64,000 bases of DNA from Cetorhinus maximus (lineage: Eukaryota): the NCBI RefSeq assembly GCF_964194155.1, contig NC_135914.1, positions 6,014,001 through 6,078,000 on the forward strand, given 5' to 3'. Both the position numbers and the translations under genes were made by a program. The notes under the pieces were generated by a model. That model was not told where the DNA came from. It did no database searches and worked only from the letters and a program-made list of their open reading frames with translations. Every line of letters starts with the position of its first letter. Positions within the stretch are counted from its first letter, which is position 1. This document shows positions 1 through 12,126 of this stretch, one piece after another.

Positions 1-410
1 GCTGACTCTCACTGGGGTACAGGTCCCTCTCCTCTCCTGAAGGTGCTGACTCTCACTGGGGTACAGGTCCCCCTCCTCTCCTGAAGGTGCTGACTCTCAC
101 TGGGGTACAGGGTCCCCCTCCTCTCCTGAAGGTGCTGACTCTCACTGGGGTACAGATCCCCCTCCTCTCCTGAAGGTGCTGACTCTCACTGGGGTACAGG
201 TCCCCCTCCTCTCCTGAAGGTGCTGACTCTCACTGGGGTACAGATCCCCCTCCTCTCCTGAAGGTGCTGACTCTCACTGGGGTACAGGGTCCCCCTCCTC
301 TCCTGAAGGTGCTGACTCTCACTGGGGTACAGGGTCCCCCTCCTCTCCTGAAGGTGCTGACTCTCACTGGGGTACAGGGTCCCCCTCCTCTCCTGAAGGT
401 GCTGGCTCTA
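1..410. repeat. 44-45 bp minisatellite (ctgactctcactggggtacagggtccccctcctctcctgaaggtg), in CREB3L4 intron
   Basis: About 9 tandem units visible; same unit occurs inverted at 26505-27110. Confidence 0.95.
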
Positions 411-605
411 ACTGAATCATTGTTCCTCACACTGTGTCTGCATATAGACCAGTGAGAGCAGACTGTAGACAGTCATGGGCACGCAGTTATCTCAGCCTCA
501 TGACAGAGGTGGTGTGGGTTGTGGCTGCTGAGTTGGTAGCAGGTTGGCTGAGTGTTGGCTGTGTGTTTTAATGTTTGCCTCCTATTCGTTGCTTGCCTTC
601 TTTAC

Positions 606-733
606 CATCAGGCTGTTGACGATATCTGTGTCAGTGTCTGTGATGCTACGTGACCTCTTCACACTGCCTGGGAGGGTTGGTGCAGTGTCTACAACACAAG
701 TCTCTGGGATCAGCATCGGTGTATTCCAACTGC
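606..733 (-). CDS. CREB3L4: CREB3L4 internal exon (G)SWNTPMLIPETCVVDTAPTLPGSVKRSRSITDTDTDIVNSLM
   Basis: Minus-strand acceptor ttgcag| and donor |gtaaag; 128 nt, phase 1 to 0, compatible with the upstream exon; resembles human CREB3L4 DQWSPAFMVPDSCMV. Confidence 0.8.
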
Positions 734-824
734 CTGCAACACAGAACGGCACAGTTGAGTTACTTAATCCTCAGAGGAACTGACTCTCGCTGCGGTCCTG
801 GTCCACTCTATACCCGTGGGTTAC

Positions 825-2010
825 ATACAAACATACCAATCTGGAGTAGGCCATTCGGCCCCTCGAACCTGCACTGCTATTCAATAAGATTATAGCTGAT
901 CTGACTTTAACCTCATATTCCTGTCTACCCTCTCTAACCCTCCACCCCCTTACTTATCGAGAGTCTATCTAGCTCTGCCTCAAAAACATTCAAGGACTCC
1001 ACCTCAACCACCGTTTGAGGAAGAGAGTTCCATAGTCTCACAATCCTCTGAGTGAAAACTGTTTTCCTCCTCTGCATCCTAAATGGGTGACCCTCCATTT
1101 GTAAACAGTGACCCCCTAGTTCTAGATTCTCCCACAAGAGGAAACATCCTCTCCACGTCCCCCCTGTCAATACCCCTCAGGGTCTTATTTGTTTCAATCA
1201 AGCTGCCTCTTACTCTTCTAAACTCCAACGGATACAAGCCTAACCTGTTCTTTCCTCAAAAGACAACCCACTCATTCCAGGTATTAGTCTGGTGAACCTT
1301 CTCTGTACTACTTCTAACACATTCTTCCTTAAATAAGGTGACCAATGCCCTGTATAACAACCTCCCTACTTTTATACTCAGTTCCCCTCACAGTAAATGA
1401 TAACATTCCGTAAGCTTTCCTAATGACCTGCTGTACCTGCATACTAACCTTCTGTGAATCATGCACTAAGATACCCAGATCCCTCTGAATCTCAGAGCTC
1501 TGCAATCTCTCACCATTTAGATAATATGCTTCTCTTTTATTCTTCCTGCCAAAATGGACAATTTCACATTTTCCCACATTATTCTCCATTTGCCAGGTCT
1601 TTGCCCACTCGTTTAACCTGTCTATATTTTTTGTAGCCTCCTTATATCCTCTTCACAACTTAATTTCCTTCCTATCTTTGTGTCATCAGCAAATTTAACA
1701 ACCATCCCATCCATCCCTTCATCCAAGTCATTTATATAAATTGTAAACAGTTGAGGCACCAGCACTGATCCCTGTGGCACACCACTCATCACATCCTGCA
1801 ACCAGAAAAAAACCCATTTATGCCTACCCTTTGTTTTCTGTTAGCTAGCCAAACTTCTACCCATGACAAAATGTTACCCCCTACACCATGAGCTTTTACT
1901 TTCCACAATACCTTTGATGTGGCACCTGATCAAATGCCTTCTGGAAATCTAAGTACAGTACATCCACCAGTTCCCCTTTATCCACACTCATGTCACTTCT
2001 TCAAAGAACA
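825..2010 (-). mobile_element. CR1-type LINE, 5'-truncated 3' part, degenerate RT
   Basis: Minus-strand peptides KCEIVHFGRKNK..YYLNGERLQ..QRDLGILV and FTQRIVRLWNSLP typical of the CR1 ORF2 C-terminus. Confidence 0.85.
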
Positions 2011-2169
2011 AAAGGTTAGCATGATATTCAACCAAGGAGGGGAGCAATCCAGCCCAACTCACTTCTCTCAATATTCACACAACCTCAGACTTACACTCAG
2101 ACACACACACATCAACTCCTCCCCACCACGTGCATACACGCACACACACACCCTCCATGTTCCAGAATC

Positions 2170-3927
2170 ACTGATCTTCCCTGTCCCGGGCTCACTGACC
2201 CTCCCTGTCCCTGTCCCGGGGTCACTGACCCTCCCTGTCCCTGTCCCAGGGTCACTGACCCTCCCTGTCCCTGTCCCGGGGTCACTGACCCTCCCTGTCC
2301 CTGTCCCGGGGTCACTGACCCTCCCTGTCCCGGGGTCACTGACCCTCCCTGTCCCGGGGTCACTGACCCTCACCGTCCCTGTCCTGGGCTCACTGACCCT
2401 CCCCGTCCCTGTCCCGGGGTCACTGACCCTCCCCGTCCCTGTCCCGGGGTCACTGACCCTCCCCGTCCCTGTCCCGGGGTCACTGACCCTCCCCGTCCCG
2501 GGGTCACTGACCCTCACCATCCCTGTCCCGGGCTCACTGACCCTCCCCGTCCCTGTCCCGGGCTCACTGACCCTCCCCGTCCCTGTCCCGGGGTCACTGA
2601 CCCTCCCTGTCCCTGTCCCGGAGTCACTGACCCTCCCTGTCCCGGGGTCACTGACCCTCACCGTCCCTGTCCCGGGCTCACTGACCCTCCCTGTCCCTGT
2701 CCCGGGGTCACTGACCCTCCCTGTCCCTGTCCCGGGGTCACTGACCCTCCCTGTCCCTGTCCCGGGGTCACTGACCCTCCCTGTCCCGGGGTCACTGACC
2801 CTCACCGTCCCTGTCCCGGGCTCACTGACCCTCCCCGTCCCTGTCCCGGGGTCACTGACTCTCCCCGTCCCTGTCCCGGGGTCACTGACCCTCCCCGTCC
2901 CTGTCCCGGGGTCACTGACCCTCCCCGTCCATGTCCCGGGGTCACTGACCCTCCCCGTCCATGTCCCGGGGTCACTGACCCTCCCTGTCCCGGGCTCACT
3001 GACCCTCCCTGTCCAGGGCTCACTGACCCTCCCTGTCCCGGGGTCACTGACCCTCCCCGTCCCTGTCCCGGGGTCACTGACCCTCCCCGTCCATGTCCCG
3101 GGGTCACTGACCCTCCCCGTCCATGTCCCGGGGTCACTGACCCTCCCTGTCCCGGGCTCACTGACCCTCCCTGTCCCAGGGTCACTGACCCTCCCTGTCC
3201 CGGGCTCACTGACCCTCCCTGTCCCGGGCTCACTGACCCTCCCTGTCCCTGTCCCGGGATCACTGACCCTCCCTGTCCCTGTCCCGGGGTCACTGACCCT
3301 CCCTGTCCCGGGGTCACTGACCCTCCCTGTCCCTGTCCCGGGGTCACTGACCCTCCCTGTCCCGGGGTCACTGACCCTCCCTGTCCCTGTCCCGGGGTCA
3401 CTGACCCTCCCCGTCCCTGTCCCGGGGTCACTGACCCTCCCTGTCCCTGTCCCGGGGTCACTGACCCTCCCCGTCCCTGTCCCGGGGTCACTGACCCTCC
3501 CTGTCCCTGTCCCGGGCTCACTGACCCTCCCTGTCCCGGGCTCACTGACCCTCCCTGTCCCTGTCCCGGGGTCACTGACCCTCCCCGTCCCTGTCCCGGG
3601 GTCACTGACCCTCCCTGTCCCGGGCTCACTGACCCTCCCTGTCCTGGGGTCACTGACCCTCCCTGTCCCTGTCCCGGGCTCACTGACCCTCCCTGTCCCG
3701 GGGTCACTGACCCTCCCTGTCCCGGGGTCACTGACCCTCACCGTCCCGGGGTCACTGACCCTCCCTGTCCCTGTCCCGGGGTCACTGACCCTCCCTGTCC
3801 CTGTCCCGGGGTCACTGACCCTCCCTGTCCCGGGGTCACTGACCCTCCCTGTCCCTGTCCCGGGGTCACTGACCCTCCCTGTCCCGGGGTCACTGACCCT
3901 CCCTGTCCCGGGGTCGGGGTCACTGAC
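2170..3927. repeat. 24/30-bp minisatellite (gtcccggggtcactgaccctccct[gtccct]) abutting the CREB3L4 donor
   Basis: About 1.75 kb of tandem units; produces the spurious 673/672-aa ORFs. Confidence 0.95.
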
Positions 3928-4204
3928 CGAACTCGATTGACACGAGGCTGGTGTTGCTGGCTGCTCGCTCTGTCTGCATGTCTTCCAGCACGCTGACTCC
4001 ATACACAACCTGGTAGAGTGTGCTGGGACCAGCCTCACTCTCAGGTCCAGGGTCACTGTGCTGTGGACTGTCCGGGCGCTGGTCATCGGAGATACCGCTG
4101 TCCGTCTCTGAGGCTACTTCGACTACACTCCGACTGCTGCTGTAAACCTCATTGGGGTTAATCATTGTCTGTAACGTGTCCTCAGGTTCACTCTCATTGA
4201 AACT
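3928..4204 (-). CDS. CREB3L4: CREB3L4 internal exon SFNESEPEDTLQTMINPNEVYSSSRS...SETDSGISDDQRPDSP...LYQVVY...LVSIEF
   Basis: 277 nt, gagcag| acceptor and G|gtcagt donor; matches human CREB3L4 motifs IDPNEVY, SDSGISED, LYEVVY, LISIQL; CREB3L4 is near DENND4B in human. Confidence 0.85.
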
Positions 4205-4344
4205 CTGCTCAAACAGATAAGGAGAGATAACAGTCAGAGAGAGAGCACAGTCCGCAGTAACAACTGACTTTAGCAGATAAAGCATCCAGAGATACTTCAC
4301 AGGAACATAAAGCAAACAGAGTTCAACACTGGATAACAGAAGAG

Positions 4345-5977
4345 TGAGGCAGAGAGAGAGATAGAGTGAGGGGGGAGATGGAGAGAGAGGGGAGACAGAG
4401 AGAGAGAAGGGAGACAGAGAGAGAGAGGGGAGAGACTGAGAGAGAGAGAGGGAGAGACTGAGAGAGAGAGAGGGAAGAGACTGAGAGAGAGAGGGGAGAG
4501 ACTGAGAGAGAGAGAGGGGAGAGACTGAGAGAGAGAGAGGGGAGAGACTGAGAGAGAGGGGAGAGACTGAGAGAGAGGGGAGAGACTGAGAGAGAGAGGG
4601 GAGAGACTGAGAGAGAGAGAGGGGAGAGACTGAGAGAGAGAGAGGGGAGAGACTGAGAGAGAGAGGGAGAGACTGAGAGAGAGAGGGGAGAGACTGAGAG
4701 AGAGAGGGGAGAGACTGAGAGAGAGGGGAGAGACTGAGCGAGAGGGGAGAGACTGAGAGAGAGAGGGAGAGACTGAGAGAGAGAGGGGAGAGACTGAGAG
4801 AGAGAGGGGAGAGACTGAGAGAGAGGGGATGGACTGAGAGAGAGGGGATGGACTGAGAGAGAGGGGATGGACTGAGAGAGAGGGGAGAGACTGAGAGAGA
4901 GAGGGGAGAGACTGAGAGAGAGAGGGGAGAGACTGAGAGAGAGAGAGGGGAGAGACTGAGAGAGAGAGGGGAGAGACTGAGAGAGAGAGAGGGGAGAGAC
5001 TGAGAGAGAGAGGGGAGAGACTGAGAGAGAGAGGGGAGAGACTGAGAGAGAGAGAGGGGAGAGACTGAGAGAGAGAGGGGAGAGACTGAGAGAGAGAGGG
5101 GAGAGACTGAGAGAGAGAGGGGAGAGACTGAGAGAGACAGGGGAGAGACTGAGAGAGAGAGGGGAGAGACTGAGAGAGAGAGGGGAGAGACTGAGAGAGA
5201 GAGGGGAGAGACTGAGAGAGAGAGAGGGGAGAGACTGAGAAAGAGAGGGGAGAGACTGAGAGAGAGAGGGGAGAGACTGAGAGAGAGAGGGGAGAGACTG
5301 AGAGAGAGGGGAGAGACTGAGCAAGAGGGGAGAGACTGAGAGAGAGGGAGAGACTGAGAGAGAGGGGATGGACTGAGAGAGAGAGGGGAGAGACTGAGAG
5401 AGAGAGGGGAGAGACTGAGAGAGAGAGGGAGAGACTGAGAGAGAGAGGGGAGAGACTGAGAGAGAGAGGGGAGAGACTGAGAGAGAGAGGGGAGAGACTG
5501 AGAGAGAGAGGGGAGAGACTGAGAGAGAGAGGGGAGAGACTGAGAGAGAGGGGAGAGACTGAGAGAGAGGAGAGACAGAGGAGGAGATAGAGAGAGAAAG
5601 GGGTGACAGAGAGAGACGGGAGACAGAGAGAGAGAGACGGGAGACAGAGATAGATAGAGGGGGGACAGAGATAGATAGAGGGGGGACAGAGATAGATAGA
5701 GGGGGGACAGAGATAGATAGAGGGGGGACAGAGATAGATAGAGGGGGGACAGAGATAGATAGAGGGGGGACAGAGATAGATAGAGGGGGGACAGAGATAG
5801 ATAGAGGGGGGACAGAGATAGATAGAGGGGGGACAGAGATAGATAGAGGGGGGACAGAGATAGATAGAGGGGGGACAGAGATAGATAGAGGGGGGACAGA
5901 GATAGATAGAGGGGGACAGAGATAGATAGAGGGGGACAGAGATAGATAGAGGGGGGACAGAGATAGATAGAGGGGGG
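4345..5977. repeat. GA-rich compound micro/minisatellite (gagagaggggagagact; gatagatagaggggggacaga)
   Basis: About 1.6 kb near-homopurine tract running into the gap. Confidence 0.95.
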
Positions 5978-6177
5978 NNNNNNNNNNNNNNNNNNNNNNN
6001 NNNNNNNNNNNNNNNNNNNNNNNNNNNNNNNNNNNNNNNNNNNNNNNNNNNNNNNNNNNNNNNNNNNNNNNNNNNNNNNNNNNNNNNNNNNNNNNNNNNN
6101 NNNNNNNNNNNNNNNNNNNNNNNNNNNNNNNNNNNNNNNNNNNNNNNNNNNNNNNNNNNNNNNNNNNNNNNNNNNNN
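5978..6177. other. Assembly gap (200 N)
   Basis: Run of exactly 200 N, a typical scaffolding placeholder. Confidence 0.98.
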
Positions 6178-6563
6178 CCCTCCCTCTCTCCCCTCCCCCC
6201 CTCCCCCTCCCTCCCTCCTCCCCTCTTCCCCCACTCCCCTCCCTCCTCCCTCTCCCCCCTCTCTTTCCCCCTCCCCTCCTCCCCACTCCCTCCCTCTCTC
6301 CTCCCCGCTCCCTCTTCTCCCTCCCCCCTCCCTCTTCCCCTCTCCCTCCCCTCTTCCTCCCTCTCACTCTCCCCCCTCTCTCCCTCTCTCCCTCCCTCTC
6401 CCTCCCCTCTTCCCCTCTCCCTCCCCTCTTGCCCTCTCCCTCCCCTCTTACCCCCCCCCTCACTCTCCCCCCTCTCTCCCTCTCCCTCTCTCTCCCCTCC
6501 CTCCCTCCCCCTATCCCTGGAGTTTGGTTACTGAGTGAATCTCTTTGCCTTCTCTGCCTACAG

Positions 6564-6708
6564 GCTGTCTTGGAGAGTAAATGGCCGTCCAGTAACCAGG
6601 GTGGTCGCTTACGCTGGGCCAAGCTCCGGAACGTCATCCTGGCGACAGCTCAGTTCCGCCGGCCACTCCGAGAGCGGCGACTGCAGTCTGTGGCCCGGAG
6701 CCTCCTGG
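6564..6708 (+). CDS. DENND4B: DENND4B exon [39 protein letters not shown] (first exon visible; gene 5' part absent)
   Basis: ctacag| and |gtacgt, 145 nt; close to human DENND4[39 protein letters not shown]. Confidence 0.93.
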
Positions 6709-6734
6709 GTACGTGCAGCGTGGAGTGTCTGTCC

Positions 6735-7890
6735 CTCACCCCCTCCACTCCTCCCCTCACTCTCCGCTCCCCCACCCTCACTCTCCGCTCCCCCACCCTC
6801 ACTCTCCGCTCCCCCACCCTCACTCTCCGCTCCCCCACCCTCACTCTCCGCTCCCCCACCCTCACTCTCCGCTCCCCCACCCTCACTCTCCGCTCCCCCA
6901 CCCTCACTCTCCGCTCCCCCACCCTCACTCTCCGCTCCCCCCCTCACTCTCCGCCCCCACCCTCACTCTCCGCTCCCCCACCCTCACTCTCCGCTCCCCC
7001 CCTCACTCTCCGCTCCCCCCCCTCACTCTCCGCTCCCCCCCCCTCACTCTCCGCTCCCCCCCTCACTCTCCGCTCCCCCCCCTCACTCTCCGCTCCCCCC
7101 CCTCACTCTCCGCTCCCCCCCCTCACTCTCCGCTCCCCCCCCTCACTCTCCGCTCCCCCACCCTCACTCTCCGCTCCCCCACCCTCACTCTCCGCTCCCC
7201 CACCCTCACTCTCCGCTCCCCCACCCTCACTCTCCGCTCCCCCACCCTCACTCTCCGCTCCCCCACCCTCACTCTCCGCTCCCCCCCTCACTCTCCGCTC
7301 CCTCACCCCCTCCACTCCCACCCTCACTCTCCGCTCCTACCCTCACTCTCCACTCCCAGCCTCACTCTCCGCTCCCTCACCCCCTCCACTCCCCCCCTCA
7401 CTCTCCACTCCCCCCCTCACTCTCCACTCCCCCCCTCACACTCCGCTCCCCCCCTCACTCTCCGCTCCCACCCTCACTCTCCGCTCCCTCACCCCCACCA
7501 CTCCCAACCTCACTCTCCACTCCCACCCTCACTCTCCGCTCCCTCACCCCCTCCACTCCCACCCTCACGCTCCGCTCCCACCCTCACTCTCCGCTCCCTC
7601 ACCCCCTCCACTCCCACCCTCACGCTCCGCTCCCCCACCCTCACTCTCCGCTTCCCCACCCTCACTCTCCGCTCCCCCACCCTCACTCTCCGCTCCCCCA
7701 CCCTCACTCTCCGCTCCCCCACCCTCACTCTCCGCTCCCCCACCCTCACTCTCCGCTCCCCCACCCTCACTCTCCGCTCCCCCACCCTCACTCTCCGCTC
7801 CCCCACCCTCACTCTCCGCTCCCCCACCCTCACTCTCCGCTCCCCCACCCTCACTCTCCGCTCCCCCACCCTCACTCTCCGCTCCCCCAC
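6735..7890. repeat. 21-bp C-rich minisatellite (cccaccctcactctccgctcc)
   Basis: Tandem units begin about 25 bp after the exon donor. Confidence 0.95.
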
Positions 7891-7909
7891 CCCAGTCCTC
7901 TCTCCATCC

Positions 7910-8340
7910 CGGCTCTGTGGGGAGTTTCCTGTACCCCTGCCCCGCTCTGTGGGGAGTTTCCTGTACCCCTGCCCAGCTCTCCATCGTGGCTCTGTGGGGA
8001 GTTTCCTGTACCCCCGCCCCGCTCTGTGGGGAGTTTCCTGTACCCCTGCCCCACTCTCCATCCCGGCTCTGTGGGGAGTTTCCTGTACCCCTGCCCCACT
8101 CTGTGGGGAGTTTCCTGTACCCCTGTCCCGCTCTGTGGGGAGTTTCCTGTACCCCTGCCCTGTGGGGAGTTTCCTGTACCCCTGCCCTGCTCTGTGGGGA
8201 GTTTCCTGTACCCCTGCCCTGCTCTGTGGGGAGTTTCCTGTACCCCTGCCCTGCTCTGTGGGGAGTTTCCTGTACCCCTGCCCTGCTCTGTGGGGAGTTT
8301 CCTGTACCCCTGCCCTGCTCTGTGTGGAGTTTCCCCTGTT
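7910..8340. repeat. 32-bp minisatellite (ctctgtggggagtttcctgtacccctgccctg)
   Basis: About 12 tandem units. Confidence 0.9.
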
Positions 8341-8697
8341 CCATTAGTCCCGGGAGCTCCAACCCGGCTGTGTGCCAAATGCCCTCCTCAGCTAGGACTG
8401 TGGACCCCCCCAGGACCCCCTGCACACAGGTTGGCCCTGTGCATTCTCAGGAACGGGGGGGAGGTAACTAACAATGTGTGCGCTCAGAAGATTCTAGTCC
8501 CCAGCACCTCCAAGGACTGTAGGGGGTGGATAAAGGTGGCTTAAACCCCTGATTCTCCCAGTAGGAAAGAGTGGGGTTTGATTTCTGGGGCAGATAAAGC
8601 TGAGGAGTATAGAACGACGTTGGTTGCCATGTAGGGAGGTGAAGCAGTGATGCAGACAGGGCCCTGAATAACCTTGGCTTCTCTTTCCCACACTCAG

Positions 8698-9401
8698 AAA
8701 GGTCTCAGCAGGAGCCTTCACGTGCTGGGCCTCGGTTCCTGCTCCAGCGACACACCACCTGGGCTGGGAGGAGTGCGAGCATTGAGAGCTGGGATGGCCT
8801 GGGCTCTCCACTGGTCAAGAGCAGGAGCGCCAGCTGCACCAGGACCGAACGCAGCGCCGTGCTGGACGAGCATCCCTCGGACACCGACTCCCTCTCCCGG
8901 TGCCGGGTCGGAGTGGGGGAGCCGGGCAGCCGGTCCTCGTCTGCCGAGCGCCCTCGCTGGGAGCGGCGAGTCAAGGGCCTGGCCAAGGCCGGGGAGCGAG
9001 CCCTCACCCCCGAGCCCGCAGGCCACAAACACGCCAACCAGACCTGCCACTGCCTCCAACCCGAGGCCCCGCCGCTCAGCAACACCGAGCCCGGCAAATC
9101 GTCAGAGACGCCGGAGGTGCGGCACACCCCCAGGACAGGCCGCAAATGGGGCAGAGAGTCCGGGCGCGATCACCACCACCGCCGGCGAGAGGGGACCAAG
9201 AAGGTCGACGAGAACTGCAACAACGTTATGCTGGTACCCCGGGGTCTCTCGGAGAAGTTCCACAGTCTGCTGACCTCCACAGCAAACCGGCGGCCGCTCC
9301 TCACAACGCTGGATTCAGGCCGCAGGGGGTCCTCCCACTCTGACTTAACAGCATCGTCTGAGAAACTGGGGCTCCAGTCAGCGAGAGAGAGTGAGGAGGA
9401 G
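8698..9401 (+). CDS. DENND4B: DENND4B long exon (..LLQRHTTWAGRS..LVKSRSAS..PRGLSEKFHSLLTS..ESEEE)
   Basis: actcag| and |gtgaga, 704 nt, phase 1 to 0; matches human LQRQTTWAGRS, LVKSGS, RRGLGARLQQLLTP. Confidence 0.85.
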
Positions 9402-9529
9402 GTGAGAAACATTGGCTTTAGCTTGTGCGCTGTTCAGCCAACAAACAGTTTGCATTTAGAAAACACGTTTAACACAAACAGCACTTCACAGGAACAATAT
9501 CAGACACAGTTTGACACGGAGCTATATAA

Positions 9530-10690
9530 GGAATCACAGAGCTGCAGCAAGACGGAAGCAGGCCATTCAGTCCATCGTGTGCACACTAGCTCTCCGAATG
9601 GGCAACTCACCTGCTGCCCTGCACGTTCCACCTTTTCAAATAACCGTCTCATTCCCTTTTGAACACTTCAATTGACCCTGTCTCCCCCTCACTCTCAGAC
9701 AGTGCATTCCAGATCCTAACCACTCGATTGACCCTGTCTCCACCACACTCTCAGACAGTGCATTCCAGATCCTAACCACTCGATTGACCCTGTCTCCACC
9801 ACACTCTCAGACAGTGTATTCCAGATCCTAACCACTCGATTGACCCTGTCTCCACCACACTCTCAGACAGTGCATTCCAGACCCTAACCACTCGATTGAC
9901 CCTGTCTCCCCCTCACTCTCAGACAGTGCATTCCAGATCCTAACCACTCGATTGACCCTGTCTCCCCCTCACTCTCAGACAGTGCATTCCAGACCCTAAC
10001 CACTCGATTGACCCTGTCTCCACCACACTCTCAGACAGTGCATTCCAGACCCTAACCACTCGATTGACCCTGTCTCCACCACACTCTCAGACAGCGCATT
10101 CCAGACGCCAATCACTTACTGTCTGAAAAAGGTTTTCCTCTTGTCACTTATGCTTCTTTTGCCAATTACTTGAAACCTGTGCACGATTCTTCTTCATGAT
10201 CCTTCCACCAATGGGGACAATTTCTCCCTATCTACTCTGTCCAGACCCCTCATGATTTTGAACACGTCTATCAAATCTTCTCTCAGCCTCCTCTTCTCCA
10301 AGGAAAACAGTCCTAACTTCTCCAATCTATCTTCATAACTGAAATCCCTCCTCCCTGGAACCATTCTCGTGAATCTTTTCTGCACCTTCTCCAATGCCTT
10401 GACATCTTTCCTAAAGTGCGGTGCCCAGAATTGTAAACAATACTCCAGCCGAGCCTGAACCAATGTTTTGTACAAGTTCAACATAATCTCCTTACTCTTG
10501 TCTTCTGTGCCCCTAGCGGTAAAGCCTAGTATACCGAATGCTTTATTAACCGCGCTCTCTCAACCTGTCCTGTCACCTTCCATGATTTATGCACTTGTGC
10601 ACCCTGATCCCTCTGCTCCTGCACCCCCCTTATAGTTATATCCTTTATTTTATATAGTCTCCCCATGTTCTTCCTACCAAAGTGAATCGC
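9530..10690 (-). mobile_element. CR1-type LINE 3' fragment with an internal 56-bp x ~8 tandem expansion (9671-10115)
   Basis: Minus ORF LYKTLV..LEYCLQFWAPHFRKDVKALEKVQKRFTRMVPG; 56-bp unit taken from the CR1 3' coding region. Confidence 0.88.
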
Positions 10691-10699
10691 TCCATTTTA

Positions 10700-12126
10700 T
10701 GAGGGGATATCAGGGATGGTAACCAAAAAGCTTGGCCAAAGAGGTGAGATTAAGGACAGCCTTAAAGGAGGAAGAGAGAGAGGCAGAGAGGTTTAGGGAG
10801 GGAATTCCAGATCCTAGGGCTCAGGCAGCTGGTGGCATGGCCGCCAATGGCAGTGATGTTAGAATCTGGGCAAGCTGGAGAGGTCAGAATTGGAGGAGCG
10901 CAGAGATGTCAGAGGGGTGTAGTGGCTGGAGGAGGTTACAGAGATAGGGAGGAGTGTAGGGGCTGGAGAAGGTTACAGAGATAGGGAGGGGTGTAGGGGC
11001 TGGAGGAGGTTACAGAGATAGGGAGGAGTGTAGGGGCTGGAGAAGGTTACAGAGATAGGGAGGGGTGTAGGGGCTGGAGGAGGTTACAGAGATAGGGAGG
11101 GGTGTAGGGGCTGGAGAAGGTTACAGAGATAGGGAGGGGTGTAGGGGCTGGAGAAGGTTACAGAGATAGGGAGGGGTGTAGGGGCTGGAGGAGGTTACAG
11201 AATTAGGGAGGGGTGTTGGGGCTGGGGGAGGTTACAGAGATAGGGAGGGATGTAGGGGCTGGAGGAGGTTACAGAGATAAGGAGGGATGTAGGGGCTGGA
11301 GGAGATTACAGAGATAGGGAGGAGTGTAGGGGCTGGAGACGGTTACAGAGATAGGGAGGGGTGTAGGGGCTGGAGGAGGTTACAGAATTAGGGAGGGGTG
11401 TCGGGGCTGGGGGAGGTTACAGAGATAGGGAGGGGTGTAGGGGCTGGAGGAGGTTACAGAGATAGGGAGGGATGTAGGGGCTGGAGGAGGTTGCAGAGAT
11501 AGGGAGGGATGTAGGGGCTGGAGGAGGTTACAGAGATAGGGAGGGGTGTAGGGGCTGGAGGAGGTTTGAGATAGGGAGGGGTGTAGGGGCTGGAGGAGGT
11601 TACAGAGATAGGGAGGGGTGTAGGGGCTGGAGGAGGTTACAGAGATAGGTAGGGGTGTAGGGACTGGAGGAGGTTAGAGAGATAGGGGTGTAGGGGCTGG
11701 AGAAGGTTACAGAGATAGGGATGTGGGGGCTGGAGAAGGTTACAGAGATAGGGGTGTAGGGGCTGGAGAAGGTTACAGAGATAGGGAGGGGTGTAGGGGC
11801 TGGAGGAGGTTATAGAGATAGGGGTGTAGGGGCTGGAGAAGGTTACAGAGATAGGGAGGGGTGTAGGGGCTGGAGGAGGTTACAGAGATAGGGGTGTAGG
11901 GGCTGGAGAAGGTTACAGAGATAGGGAGGGGTGTAGGGGCTGGAGGAGGTTACAGAGATAGGGGTGTAGGGGCTGGAGGAGGTTACAGAGATAGGGGTGT
12001 AGGGGCTGGAGAAGGTTACAGAGATAGGGAGGGGTGTAGGGGCTGGAGAAGGTTACAGAGATAGGGGTGTAGGGGCTGGAGAAGGTTACAGAGATAGGGG
12101 TGTAGGGGCTGGAGAAGGTTACAGAG
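10700..12126 (-). mobile_element. L2-like LINE 3' fragment extended by a ~34-38 bp minisatellite (gtaggggctggaggaggttacagagatagggagggg)
   Basis: Array contiguous with a dispersed LINE tail also seen at 33280-34170 and 45190-45975; unit reverse complement encodes PPYLCNLLQPY. Confidence 0.75.

Noticed and set aside
1919-4086. 673-aa and 672-aa ORFs on opposite strands (PVPGSLTL / GRVSDPGT repeats)
   Set aside because: Translations of an intronic minisatellite with unit lengths divisible by 3; no unique domain
3920-8544. 500-900 aa Ser/Leu/Pro-rich ORFs
   Set aside because: Low-complexity repeats and an N-gap read through; only the embedded CREB3L4 and DENND4B exons are real
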